64,000 bases of DNA. Origin: Felis catus. Lineage: Eukaryota. The translations under genes and the position numbers were made by a program. The notes below the pieces were generated by a model. It was given only the letters and a program-made list of their open reading frames with translations. It was not told the DNA's origin and ran no database searches. The stretch covers positions 204,850,001 through 204,914,000 of the forward strand of contig NC_058368.1 of NCBI RefSeq assembly GCF_018350175.1. Direction: 5' to 3'. Shown here piece after piece: positions 1 to 11,476 of this stretch. The first letter of the stretch is position 1, and each line of letters starts with the position of its first letter.

Positions 1-125
1 TTCTCTCATAGCTGTGGTCTGTGGACACCCCTGTGGGGACTGCGTTGACTCCCTGTGAGCTCACCTGTTTAGACTGGTCAACCCCTGGTGCTCGCATTTA
101 AATATTTTGCTGCTTGTCAGCACCT

Positions 126-139
126 CCACTAGAGGGCAG
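126..139 (+). promoter_or_regulatory. CTCF core motif (candidate insulator/loop anchor in GHR intron 2)
   Basis: CCACTAGAGGGCAG matches the CTCF core CCASYAGRKGGCRS with no mismatch. Confidence 0.6.
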
Positions 140-689
140 CAGGTGGAAAGAAGAGGATGTCAACATGGATTATTAATGTAGACACTTGGCAATAATAGCT
201 GTCAAGGTGGGGTGCCAAGCACTAGGGGTACAAGGGGACAAGTTAATGGAGTGGAAAAGATGAGAGCCTGGGTAATTATTGGTTTTCCGTTTCTAAGTGA
301 AGCCATGGGTAGCAGGAGAAGGAGTTCAGCATTAGTAGGAAGTTGGAGCAAGATTTCCCAAACCCATAATTTTTAGATTCATGTTCAAAGTTTTCCTAGA
401 ACAAACACAAACATATAACATTAAAATAAATTTCAAATCACTCTAGATCTTCTGCATTAGATTCTCTAGGTATAAAGTTTATGAATCTGTATTTTTCAAA
501 AACTTCCCAGCTTATTCTGAGTAATAGCCACGATCGGTTCCCTAAGGATGTCGGAGGTCCCTTCCAACTCTCAGAAGACTAATTTCACTAACAACAAATA
601 TGCCTAAAGCAACCTTGAAAATAATGGTAACTTGTGTATCCCTCTAGTAACCTGTTTTTAGAGACAAAAGGGGCAGAAGTAACTGAAAT

Positions 690-890
690 TGCTAGTGTGG
701 ACCACCATTTACAGTTTTCAGAGTGCTATGACAGACACATTCTTCCTCAACCTTTTAATCCTCACAACAAGACTGTAAATAAAAAGATTTTAAAACCCTG
801 CTTACAGTTAGGGAAACCAAGTTCTAGCTAGGCTGCCTTATGGTGGTAAGTCTAGACACAGTGCCTGTTGACTACAGTTCATTCTGTTCC
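690..890 (-). mobile_element. MIR SINE fragment (old)
   Basis: Degenerate MIR-like 'tttaatcctcacaacaa...cttacagttagggaaaccaag'. Confidence 0.45.
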
Positions 891-1779
891 ATCAGAGTGC
901 TGTGCCTTTTCAGTTCTGTTCTTGACCTGGATTTACCATCTTTTATCAAATGATTTAGTGGAACTCTAAGAATGATGGCCAAGTCTAAGTTATATTCAGA
1001 AGAGAAATGGAGACAGTCTTAAGAGAGAGCTGGGATGGCAAGGCCAATCGACCATCTCTAACTGTGTCTTCCGGAGCTCTAGGAAACAGAAAGAAGTGAA
1101 CGGTGACAATATGTGAGCGAGAAAGATGGATGAGGGTACATGAATCAGAGCCCATGCTTCTGTGGTTGGCCTGCCACATGAAAGAGCAGAATGATTTCAT
1201 AGAGGCCTTATCTCAATCTAATTCATACACTTCAAAATCTTTCTGCTACTGACCTTTCTGTCAAGAGGGTGCCATTCTGCATGCACCTAAAGACATTTCC
1301 AAATTTTCAATGTTTCAAAATAGATTTTCAAGTGGATTCCACCAACTAGGTCACTTGCTCTCAAAGCGATCTATGGAAGAATGCACAATGGAACAGGAGT
1401 TTGCATGTTGGCCCCACTCCTGCCAGTAACTGCTGGAATCTTGGGGAAGTCACTTAACCCTTTTGGGCCTGGGCTTCCTCTCCAATAACCAGACAGAGGG
1501 CTGGTGCTGCAGATTCCAGACAGACCATGAGAATAAGTTTAGTGTCAAATGATTTTAGATTGGTGTCTAACATTTAAAACCAAGGAGATGCATATAAAAT
1601 ATTGATGGCCAACCTTGGGGAACACTCCAACAAGGAACAAATGAAATGGTTTCCTATGGCCCCTTCCAACGTATTAGACAATTATTTTTTACTATTACAG
1701 TCTTTCATCTGCCTCACCCACCCACATACCCTCTGCAAACACCTCCTCCCCCCGCCTTCCCCCCCTCCCCACACTCCTC

Positions 1780-1891
1780 CTGTGAAGGAAAGCCCCAGGA
1801 CAGTAGGAGTTTTTATCTTTCTTGTTCACTGAGGCACTCCAATGGTGCCTGGCACCTAGTTGGTGCTCAAAAAATATTTGTTGAATGAATT
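1780..1891 (+). mobile_element. L2 LINE 3' end
   Basis: 'cttgttcactg...gtgcctggcacctagttggtgctcaaaaaatatttgttgaatgaat' is the typical L2 tail. Confidence 0.7.
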
Positions 1892-3697
1892 CATGGTAGC
1901 TTTGTGAAAAGTATAGTTTTTGTTTTCAAATGAGGGAAGCTAAAGACAATCCACTCAATCCAGAAATAAGACACGAATATATCTAATAAATTCCTGATTT
2001 ATCGCAATACAGGCTTTGTTTTCATGGGACGCTAAATAAGGACTATCAGTATATATTTATTTATGCCTATATGGTGTGTTTCTCATACATATAGTCAAAT
2101 TGAGACTAAAAAATAACAATGGTGAAGTCACAAGGATTCTGAATGTACTATAAGATCCACCTGTCAGCTGTTTGGTTCACTTGTAATGCTTAAAGAAGCA
2201 GCATGGCATGGTTATTCTAAAGCATGTGACAGTTCAGTATGTGGAATGTTCCATATTAGTGTAAACTTAAATATGAAGATTGATTTCTCTGGTGGTAAAA
2301 GGCAGGTCTTAAGACTGATGAAATTTAATCTCACACCAATTATATTAATTTCAACAGCTGGCTTTGCAGTTACCACACTCTCCCATGCTTCTTTTAATAA
2401 ATGCTCATGGATGTCTTCCTGTTCGCTCCACCAGCCTTTAATTCTCAGAGCGGTAGAGGGAGAAGTGACAGGAAGCATTTGCTGGAAGCAGTCAGATGTG
2501 ACTGTGCATTCATGAGGATTTGTTAGCTGATGTTTAAGTCACTGCGCTCCTCATAAACAAGCATGAGTGACAGGCTTTAAGGGTAATCTTCCAAAACAAA
2601 TGTGACTCATAACCATTAGTGCAGCACATGCTACAGTTAACAACTCTTGTTCTATCTAACCTATGAGTACCTCTGGAGCATGGAATAGGCAGAATCACAG
2701 GAAAAGTTTAAGGGAAAGAAGTTGCAGCCTTTAATGCAAATGTGGCTACACCAGGCACACCAGCCCTTAGATGGACTTTCCTCGTCAGTGACGATTTTAT
2801 TTAGAACACCGTAGCAATTTGGAAATTCTGGTACTTTCATGATGGTTAGCCCAATCTCCTTGGTACAGAATTATTTCTGTCGAAATATACAATGTCAGAT
2901 TTAGCGTTTCAAACAGGTGTTTATGTTGCTAAGAATGTTTGTTTTTGAATCAATAGACCTAAAATTATAAGCTTCCTGGTGTTCCTTGCGAGTGTTTCTG
3001 ACATTTGTGCCCTCCTTAAGGAAACCTGGGTTGGAGTTTGGGGCTTTATAATTTTTATTTGATTGTTTGATATGGTTTGCTACCATTTAGCAAGTATGGA
3101 AAAAAAAAGATGGGAAAATAACAGGTGTCTGTAACCATTTCAATTCTTAAGTTGCTCATTAAGATTTCATATCACTTTATAAGTAGCCCTAAAAATGATA
3201 ATACCTTAATCTGTGTTGCATACTGACTGTTGGCAGGCACCTTAAATACTTCTAGCAACACTGCACAAATTTATGACACTGTATGAAAAAGAATTAGTCC
3301 ATCTATAATTACTATCACAGAGCTTCAGCTGTAGAGTCCAACTAGTTTTCTATGGTTTGGGTCAAAGGCAGGCCTTTCTTTCCTGGGACTCCCACAATAT
3401 TTTGTGCACGTTATATATACACATTCATTTTGGAGGTCTCCATGATCTTTTTCTCCTAACCTCTTTGTTTACTTGGCAAACCCTAAAGCCTCTAAGTTTA
3501 TTTATTGGTTTCCAGCACCTGCCCACCCCCCAAATCTTAGATGAATGAACGTATGAATCAGTGAAAAGGTAAGAGATGTACTGTAACCAAACATGTAAAT
3601 ATTTTATTTTTAAAAGTACTTAAACACGCTTTCTGTAATTTGACTCCCACAACAATCCTGGCACTATCCGTTCAACAAGCAATCACCAGTTCTGGAA

Positions 3698-3919
3698 CAG
3701 TGGTTCTCAATGGGTGTCCATTTGCCCACCCCCAGGGAATGCTTAGCAATGTCTGGAAATGTTTTGGTTGTTACAACTGAGGGTAGGAATGCAGCTCCTA
3801 CCACCTACTGGGCAGAGGTCAAGAACGCTGCTAAACATGTTACAATGCATAGGACACCTCCCACCACAAAAAAAATCACCTGGCTTACGATATCAAGAGG
3901 CCAAGTTTGAGAAACCCTC
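3698..3919 (+). mobile_element. MER20-like hAT-Charlie MITE
   Basis: Terminal inverted repeats CAGTGGTTCTCAA...TTGAGAAACCCT, ~220 bp, with internal 'gcaatgtctggaaatgttttggttgttacaactg' and 'gctgctaaacat...acaatgcataggaca'. Confidence 0.8.
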
Positions 3920-4878
3920 ATCTAGGCCCTCCATCTCTGAAAACTAGTATAACTCTATGTTCTGTGAGCTCCTGTCCAACAATATTTTTCTGATTAAGTC
4001 TATCCTGTAAGAAATTACTCAGTATTATCATATCAAACGACCTCTTGCACTCAATCATCTTCCTCAAAACATAGAAACAACTAACCTTGCATGGGAATAG
4101 CAAGTTCATGGTTAGATTCCTAATTGCTGGGTCAGGATGAATGTTTGGTTTGCTAACTCTGTTCTTTTAGAAAAGACAGTTGGCTGTAGTTAGTACCTGG
4201 ATACCTCCATGCATCTCAATAGGAATGAATTCAGAACATTCACCAGTTCAGCTGTTTCTTATGATCAGAGCTCCTAGGAGGATAGCTAGAGAGGCCTAGG
4301 TGGATTTAAATATCAGCTGTTAAAAAAAAACTTCAGAGTCAAAATGCTGGCAAGTGAATTCCATGTTTTGCATTTGAGAAAACCATACCTGAGTGAGTGG
4401 GAGGGAGCAGGAAGTGATGGAGCTAGAGAGAACTAGAGAGAGAGTGAGAAAGCCCTTTTGTTTGTCACAACTGAATATCTTTCTATAACTTCCAACAATG
4501 ATTCCCTGACTTAGTGGGTGTAGTGAACAACATATCTGGATCCTTTATAACTCAGTCTCCAGCAATAAATTATAGTTTTAGTAAGCATCAATTCCAGTAA
4601 TGCAGAAGAGCATAAATCAGGGAGAACAGAGGAATCTTAGAGATCACATTACTCAGATTTTCTGCCTATTTTTAATTTTCTGAATTATTTATTCACACAA
4701 AACATACCTGGAAACCTACTCTGTAAAATCAAAGTGTTATTATATGAAGCTGTGTTTGAACAAGAATAGGGCACCAGAGTCCTTGGCAAGTTAGCTCCAT
4801 ACTCCCACATCTTAACCCCAGCCCTCTCTGACCTATTAATTCATCCTACTTTGGGATAATTATAATTGGCATAGAGTA

Positions 4879-4920
4879 CTTTTTGTTTGAATGTTTATTT
4901 TTGAAAGAGACAGAGAGAGA

Positions 4921-4952
<32 letters not shown>

Positions 4953-5094
4953 TTGGTAGAGAAGGAGACAGAGGATTCAATGCAGGCTCTGCACTGACAG
5001 CAGAGAGCCCAATACAGGCCTTGAACTCAAGGACCATGAGATCATGACCTGAGCCAAAGTAAGACACATAACTGACTGAGCCACCCAGGTGCCC
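4879..5094 (-). mobile_element. Can-SINE (felid SINEC, older copy)
   Basis: tRNA-derived head, (CT)n linker and A-rich tail on the minus strand; TSD tggcatagagta/tggcatggagta (4867-4878, 5095-5106). Confidence 0.92.
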
Positions 5095-5131
5095 TGGCAT
5101 GGAGTATCAACCTAATTGCCCCCGTTCTCCT

Positions 5132-5320
5132 GTTTAAAAAAAGTTTGTTTATTGAACATGAGTCGGGGAGAGGCAGAGAGAGACAGAGAGAGAATCCCTA
5201 GCAGGTTCCACATTGTTAGCATTGAGACCAATGCGGGGCTCAAACCCAAGAACCAGAGATCGTGACCTGAGCTGAAGCCAAGAGTCAGACGTTTAACCGA
5301 ATGAGCCACCCAGGTGCCCC
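5132..5320 (-). mobile_element. Can-SINE (felid SINEC, older copy)
   Basis: Minus strand starts GGGGCACCTGGGTGGCTCA; flanked by gttctcct direct repeats. Confidence 0.9.
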
Positions 5321-5389
5321 TGTTCTCCTTTGGAACCAAAGAGGAGATTAGCCTTTATGGAAAACCTAACTCTCCCAGGTAACTACGCC

Positions 5390-5570
5390 ACCTACTGAAC
5401 ATGCTATCTCATTTAATTCTCATGGATAATTTTATGAGCAAGGATTATTATCTTTATGTTTTAAGATGAGAAATGGAAGTGCTGAGAAGATCATTTGCTT
5501 AGATTGACAGAATTGATACAGGTTGAGCTGAAATTCATACATGCATATGTTTGGTTCCCAAAGTCTGTTT
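5390..5570 (-). mobile_element. MIR SINE
   Basis: 'atctcatttaattctcat...ttttaagatgagaaatggaagtgctgagaag...gagctgaaattcatac' MIR core. Confidence 0.55.
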
Positions 5571-5679
5571 TTATGGTATAATATTTTACCACACTATATA
5601 AACAGATTTGGTTACAGCCGTCCTCAAGATGATACACTTTAAAAGCAAATATCTTGCCACTGCCCCTTCATTACCCTCA

Positions 5680-6197
5680 GACTAAACATCTCTAGTTCCT
5701 TCCACATGATTTCAAGGATCTTCACCAATAAGTCTGTTTTGTACTGGTTTGTCAATATCCTTCTTAAATCTTGATGTCTGCAGCTCACCAGATTATTCTA
5801 GATATGTTGTGGCCATTGCAGAGTCAAGACTGGTAACTTCCTTGTTCTGGACTCTCTATTTCTAATTAAAGCAGCTCCTTGGCAGCCACATCATAACAGG
5901 TTAGTTACACTGTACTTGCAATGAACTCAATAACCAAGTCTTTCACAAAGGACTTGCTGTAAGCCAAGAATCTTACTGCCTTTATTTGTGAAGTTAATTT
6001 TTTTAAACCTGGACAAAGGACTTTACATTTATCCCCATCAAAGTTTATCTTGGTAGTTTTGGCTCCCAACTGTAGGCTGTTGAGATACTCCGGATCCTAT
6101 GTCTGTCCTACAGCACGTTAGTTATCTTTATTTAGCTTTGCATCATCTGCAGATTTGATTAGCCTGTCTTCCTTGTCTGCACTCTAGGACACTTATT
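5680..6197 (-). mobile_element. L3/CR1 LINE fragment (RT region to 3' part)
   Basis: Minus strand at ~6163-6133 reads LIKSADDAKL, compared with CR1 RT 'LIKFADDTKL'; downstream sequence resembles the L3 3' ORF2 region. Confidence 0.7.
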
Positions 6198-6213
6198 TAA
6201 AAAAAAAAGTCCA

Positions 6214-6438
6214 GGGGCGCCTGGGTGGCGCAGTCGGTTAAGCGTCCGACTTCAGCCAGGTCACGATCTCGCAGTCCGTGAGTTCGAGCCCCGCGTCGGG
6301 CTCTGGGCTGATGGCGCAGAGCCTGGAGCCTGTTTCCGATTCTGTGTCTCCCTCTCTCTCTGCCTCTCCCCCGTTCATGCTCTGTCTCTCTCTGTCCCAA
6401 AAATAAATAAACGTTGAAAAAAAAAATTTTTTTTTAAA
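6214..6438 (+). mobile_element. Young SINEC_Fc-type Can-SINE
   Basis: CpG-rich intact consensus GGGGCGCCTGGGTGGCGCAGTCGGTTAAGCGTCCGACTTCAGCC...; perfect TSD taaaaaaaaaagtccag (6198-6214, 6439-6455). Confidence 0.97.
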
Positions 6439-7424
6439 TAAAAAAAAAAGTCCAGAAGAAGAAGGCCTATCACAAAGGACCTAAGATAGGGCTCGGCAGG
6501 AGGGAATCTGTTCCACAGTACCACATCCATGTCTAAGAAATTATAGAAAAAATAGTTTTCGAGTTGAAAGGGACAGATTAGACATTTTTTTCTCTGAAAG
6601 TTCTATTAATAGACAGGCAACTGAATTTAGAGAAATTAACAACTTTTGCACATAACCGTAGTGCTGATTACTGATGGAACTAGATTCATAAGCAGGGTTG
6701 CTGATTGTTAACTTTTTTTTTTCTATCACATCATTAGATGGGATCACTAATGGTCAAGAAGACATCTCAAATTTGTTTCAAATAGTTTCTTGACACAATT
6801 TTCTTTTCTGACAACTTGCCCCTTTCTCCTAAAACAGCAACACAAAAAGAAATTCCAGTGAACTGAAGATTCTTGTTCTTATAAGCTTGGTTTCACTTTC
6901 ACTGACTTATATGGACAAATCCTATCAGAAAAAAAAATGGCATAAGAACAACGCTCACCCGACCTAAGTCCTACATGCAAAATAGGGTCTATTAATCCTA
7001 TGAAAGGTAAAACTTTGGGTAAGGAAGTGTAGATTTAGAAGCAGGCAAAAGAATATGGCATAAAAGTGTCTGTTGTGTGTAGCATAACTCTATAGACCTG
7101 TTAGGAGAGAGAGGAGACTGCTTCCCTTTACTTTGATAGCTTCTGGATTCATAAAAAATACGTGAATGATACAGAAGAGAAAACCCAGAGTTGATTTCAT
7201 AAGCAGTCCTTGTACCTCCCTACAACAATGGGGGTAGAGCCTTGTGGGTAAAGGACTGGACAGCAGGAGACAGCTGTTCAGTGACCCAGGAGGTACTTTT
7301 CATGGAGTTTTTTTTCCAAAGGGTAAGAGGTGGTTCCTGTCCCCATAAACTTTGGCTATTGATTTAGCCTCAGGAGGAGATGCCCAGTTGCTTTGAGAAA
7401 ATTACCCATACCTCATCAGAAGCT

Positions 7425-7535
7425 TTATATATATATCTGATAATTTATACATATAATTTATACCAGAAGTTATATATTATATTAATTATATTATATTAAC
7501 TATTTTATATCATATATTATATATCATATCATATC
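7425..7535. repeat. AT-rich low-complexity/(TA)n-(ATATC)n tract
   Basis: Directly visible. Confidence 0.8.
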
Positions 7536-8587
7536 AGAAATGAGGTCCAACAGTGAAAGTCTAAGTACTACATTAAATGTAATTAACCTGAATCTAAAGG
7601 ATTTACTGAAGTAGCTCATGGAATCACCTCCTGTCAGATGAGATCCCTACAGAGGCATTACAGTTAGATAGTCACCAAGAGAATCCTAGGACACGACAGG
7701 CAGTGCAGTATGCACTCTGGCTTGGACTCTCACTTTTGCCCTCATTAGCTTTGTAAACTAGGTATGAAATTATTCTTGGTGGTCTTCCCTAAGGGTAATA
7801 TGGAAACTTCTTCTTAGCATTGCTGTGCAGATTAACCGAGGTAGTAATATAAGGGACTTATCACTGGAACCACTAACAAGCTTCTATATAATTATTGCAA
7901 TAAATTTGTTTTAATTCTGTCTTTCCACATCCCTAATTCACCTAAGTGACTAACCTGGGGACCTGGCCTCATTCCTCTTGACATTGTGTCTGCCACACAG
8001 CAAGTGCTCAGTAAACGCTCACTGAACTGAATTGACTTGCCCAGTATTAACTACCAGCAGCAGATTCAACTCATGACAGACCCCTTTGCTGACTTGGTCA
8101 GATTTAATTTAATTAAAAATACAAGAACTAGAGCACTAAGGTTTTTATCAAACTTACCCTCTGAAGATTCATTACAAAAACTGTAAACAGAATAGTGTCT
8201 CATTTAGTAAAAGCTTATGCTGTAATGTCAATTCTATTGTTGAAAACACCTTAAATATTAGAATGCTCTTATCGACAGTGTTCTGAAGGCATTATTACAA
8301 TTATCTTTAGCTTTCAAAACTTCCTTGTGCAATTGAAATGCTTCTTTTAGGCATATATTGTTACAAATCAAATTCTGCACATATCTGTTTATTTAGGCCT
8401 CAAGGTTCGCAGTCACTCACTTCAAAGCCAATAATAGTTACCTTATTGAATATCTGTTTTTCCCATGGAATCTCAACAGGTGGTCTATTTGTGTTACTTC
8501 CCCAATGATTTTAAACAAGTTATTTTCCTTCTATTTAACAGATGAAAAAACTGAGGCTCAGAAGGTGTAATAATCTACAAAAGGCTT

Positions 8588-9226
8588 TGTAGCAGATGTT
8601 GTCAGTCCTTTGCTGATGTAGATCCCTTAACCATTTTTTACAAATGTTTATTTATTTATTTTGAGAGAGAGAGAAAGCCCACGTGTGGGGAAGGGGCAGA
8701 GAGAGGGGGAGAGAGAGAGAATCCCAAGCAGGCTCCGTGATTGGTGCAGAACCCTACGCAGGGCTCTATCCCACAAACCGTGAGCTGAAAACAAGAGCCA
8801 GATGCTTAACCAACTGAGCCACCCAGACTCTCCCTTAACTAGTTTTGTGCACACAGATTCCCTGTGTGCCTTCACTCTGGACACCCAGCACCTGTGTCTT
8901 TGCAGCCCTCAGGCTGCTGGAGCCATCTTGATCTGCCCTTGGAGAACTGATAGTGTCTAGGAGCTTACATCCTCCTGGGTCAGCCCTTAACCACCAAATG
9001 AGGGCTGATCTGGACAACTTGAAACACTGCTTCCGGACAGGAATGTACCAGATACCACCCTAAACAGTCACCTCACAGTACTTGATATTGCACCCTTGCT
9101 TGCTTTTTTTTTAATTTCTCTATCTTATTTCCCTACTTCCCTGTCAGCTTCTTCCTGGAACATTTTCTAACAATTCACTTTCATTTAAATCTTTGTCTCA
9201 ACTTTTGGCTTCTGGGAAACTCAACC
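8588..9226 (+). mobile_element. ERVL solo LTR (LTR16-like), interrupted by a SINE and inserted in a MIR
   Basis: Starts TGTAGCAGATG; 3' part 'ttcctggaacattttctaacaattcactt...aatctttgtctca...cttctgggaaactcaacct' resembles the LTR16 end; MIR-like sequence on both sides (8450-8585, 9450-9530). Confidence 0.6.
8633..8830 (-). mobile_element. Can-SINE (older copy)
   Basis: SINEC body on the minus strand; TSD tcccttaac (8623-8631, 8831-8839). Confidence 0.9.
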
Positions 9227-9247
9227 TTTTTTTTTTTAAGTTTATTT

Positions 9248-9296
<49 letters not shown>

Positions 9297-9422
9297 CCCA
9301 AGCAGGCTCCATGCTGTCAGTGCAGAGCCCTACGCGGAGCTCAGTCTCACAGACCGTGAGACCATGACCTGAGCTGAAATCAACAGTTGAACATTTAACT
9401 GACTGAGCCATGCAGGCAACCC
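9227..9422 (-). mobile_element. Can-SINE with expanded (GA)n
   Basis: SINEC body on the minus strand; (GA)n at ~9251-9295. Confidence 0.9.
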
Positions 9423-10736
9423 TGAAGAATTCAATCTTAAAAAAAATCACGTGACTCATAAATGGCAGAGCTGCATTTCAAACCCAATTCTGACAAAGTT
9501 CAAGATCTGAAATCCCTACCTTAAACCACTTCTCTTCACAATGAGAGAAGAAACAGGAGTCTGGTACGATTGGTACAGAGATTTGCTTGCTGATCCTTTC
9601 CCCCAAGCACCTCTGTACGTTCTCTGAGTACCAGCCAAGCCACATGACCAGCCTCTTCTCTTCTTAGCAAGTTCCTCCACAGTGTCCCTCAGCCTCTGAC
9701 AGTGTAGCCTCTGGCTGATGGCTGCCGCCCCAAGGAAGTGATAGCCATGGGCAGGACCACAGCACCAGAGGGACACCTTGCATAACCAAATCAAATGAAA
9801 ATCAAACTGGGCTCCTGTCAACTAACTGCAGAAATCAATCAGTGGTCTATGCAGTATCTACTGAATGCCACTGTGGGCTCAGTGGCAGCCAGTCTCTCAT
9901 TACAGCCTGGAATTTCAGTCCTTTCCTTCTATCTTCCGGTTTAAGGCATCAGTTGACTCTCCCTATATCAGAGGCTCTGACTTTGGGCTCATAGCAATCC
10001 ACTCCCAACCAACATGTTGGAAAAATCACCCCCTAAATTCCACAGGGAAGAGTTCTATTTTAGATACATCTCATGTTAATGGAAGTGTTTAATATTCTTA
10101 TTTTTCATGAAGTTAAATTTTTTAGACCTAGGAATACAGGTTTTTAGCACCCATTCATGGAAATAAGACAGGTCACACAGGGAGTAGCTACACTTTTGCC
10201 TTTCACACCCACAATGGCTATAATAAACATGAGTTTGACATACAGATATAGCCAAGGTATGCGCAGAAATTAATCCAGCTCTTTTATTCCTCGATCAGAG
10301 CTTTCCAGGAAGTCAGGCTTAATGATAGCTGCGAAGAGTGAGAATGTTAGTCAACCATGCTTATGAAGTTCAGAGCAAACATCCAGAGAATATGGTGCTG
10401 GCATGGTTCACACAGGCAGCTGGGCACAGACATACACAAGCCAGGCCTGTCAGAGCATGGCCCCTTGGGGACTTCGCTGCATTCTACTCCTTGCTACATC
10501 TGACCAAACTGCCTGATGTGGAGCAGGGCTCTCTGATGGACTCCTGTCCATTTCCCTATTCCCTTGCTATCAGCACAACACATTCTTCCATCACCAGCTA
10601 TTGTTCAGAACAGCATAGTGCCTCTTGCTCCAACCAAGGAAGCAGCTGGGTCAATGGCTGAGCAGAGGAGAAGGGAGGGTAGGTCCTAAATGTTAAGAAG
10701 CCACAAAATGGTCCTTTCCTTTAAAAATGACCTCTT

Positions 10737-11476
10737 ATTAGATGCTGGCAAGGATGTGGAGAAACAGGAGCCCTCTTGCGCTGTTGGTGGAAATGCAAAC
10801 TGGTGCCCCTCTGGAAATCAGTGTGGAGGTTCCTAAAAAAATTAAAAATAGAACTACCCTATGACCCAGCAATAGCACTATGAGGAATTTATCCAAAGGA
10901 TACAGGAGTGCTGATGCACAGGGGCACAAGTACCCCAATGTTTATAGCAGCACTTTCAACCAATAGCCAAATTATGGAAAGAGCCTAAATGTCCATCAAC
11001 TGATGAATGGATAAAAAAGATGTGGTTTATATATACAATGGAATACTACTTGGCAATGAGAAAGAACGAAATCATGCCATTTGCAACAACGTGGATGGAA
11101 CTGGAGGGTATTATGCTAAGTGAAATAAGTCAGGCAGAGAAAGATATCATATATTTGCACTCACATGTGGAACTTGAGAAACTTAACAGAAGACTGTGGG
11201 GGAAGGGAAGGGGAAAGAAAATAGTTTCAAACAGAGAGGGACGCAAAACATAAGAGACTCTTAAAAACAGAGAACAAACTGAGGGTTGATGGAGGGACAG
11301 GGGAGAGGGGAAAATGGGTGATGGGCATTGAGGAGAGCACTTGTTGGGATGAACACTGGGTGTTGTATGTAAGCGATGAATCATGGGAATCTACCCCCAA
11401 AACCAAGAGGACACTGTATGTTAGCCAACTTGACAATAAATTATATTTTTAAAAAATATTAAAAAATAAACGAAAA
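10737..11476 (+). mobile_element. 5'-truncated carnivore L1 (ORF2 C-terminus + 3'UTR + A tail)
   Basis: ORF2 end 'MWFIYTMEYYLAMRKNEIMPFATTWMELEGIMLSEISQ'; AATAAA and A tail; perfect TSD aaaaatgacctctt (10723-10736, 11477-11490). Confidence 0.96.

Noticed and set aside
6214..6295. tRNA gene (A-box/B-box GTTCGAGCC)
   Set aside because: This is the tRNA-derived head of a Can-SINE, followed by the SINE body and tail
6197..6400. Recurrent ORF 'MGQRETEHERGRGRERGRHR...' (also at 34454-34702)
   Set aside because: Antisense translation of the SINEC_Fc consensus, not a gene family
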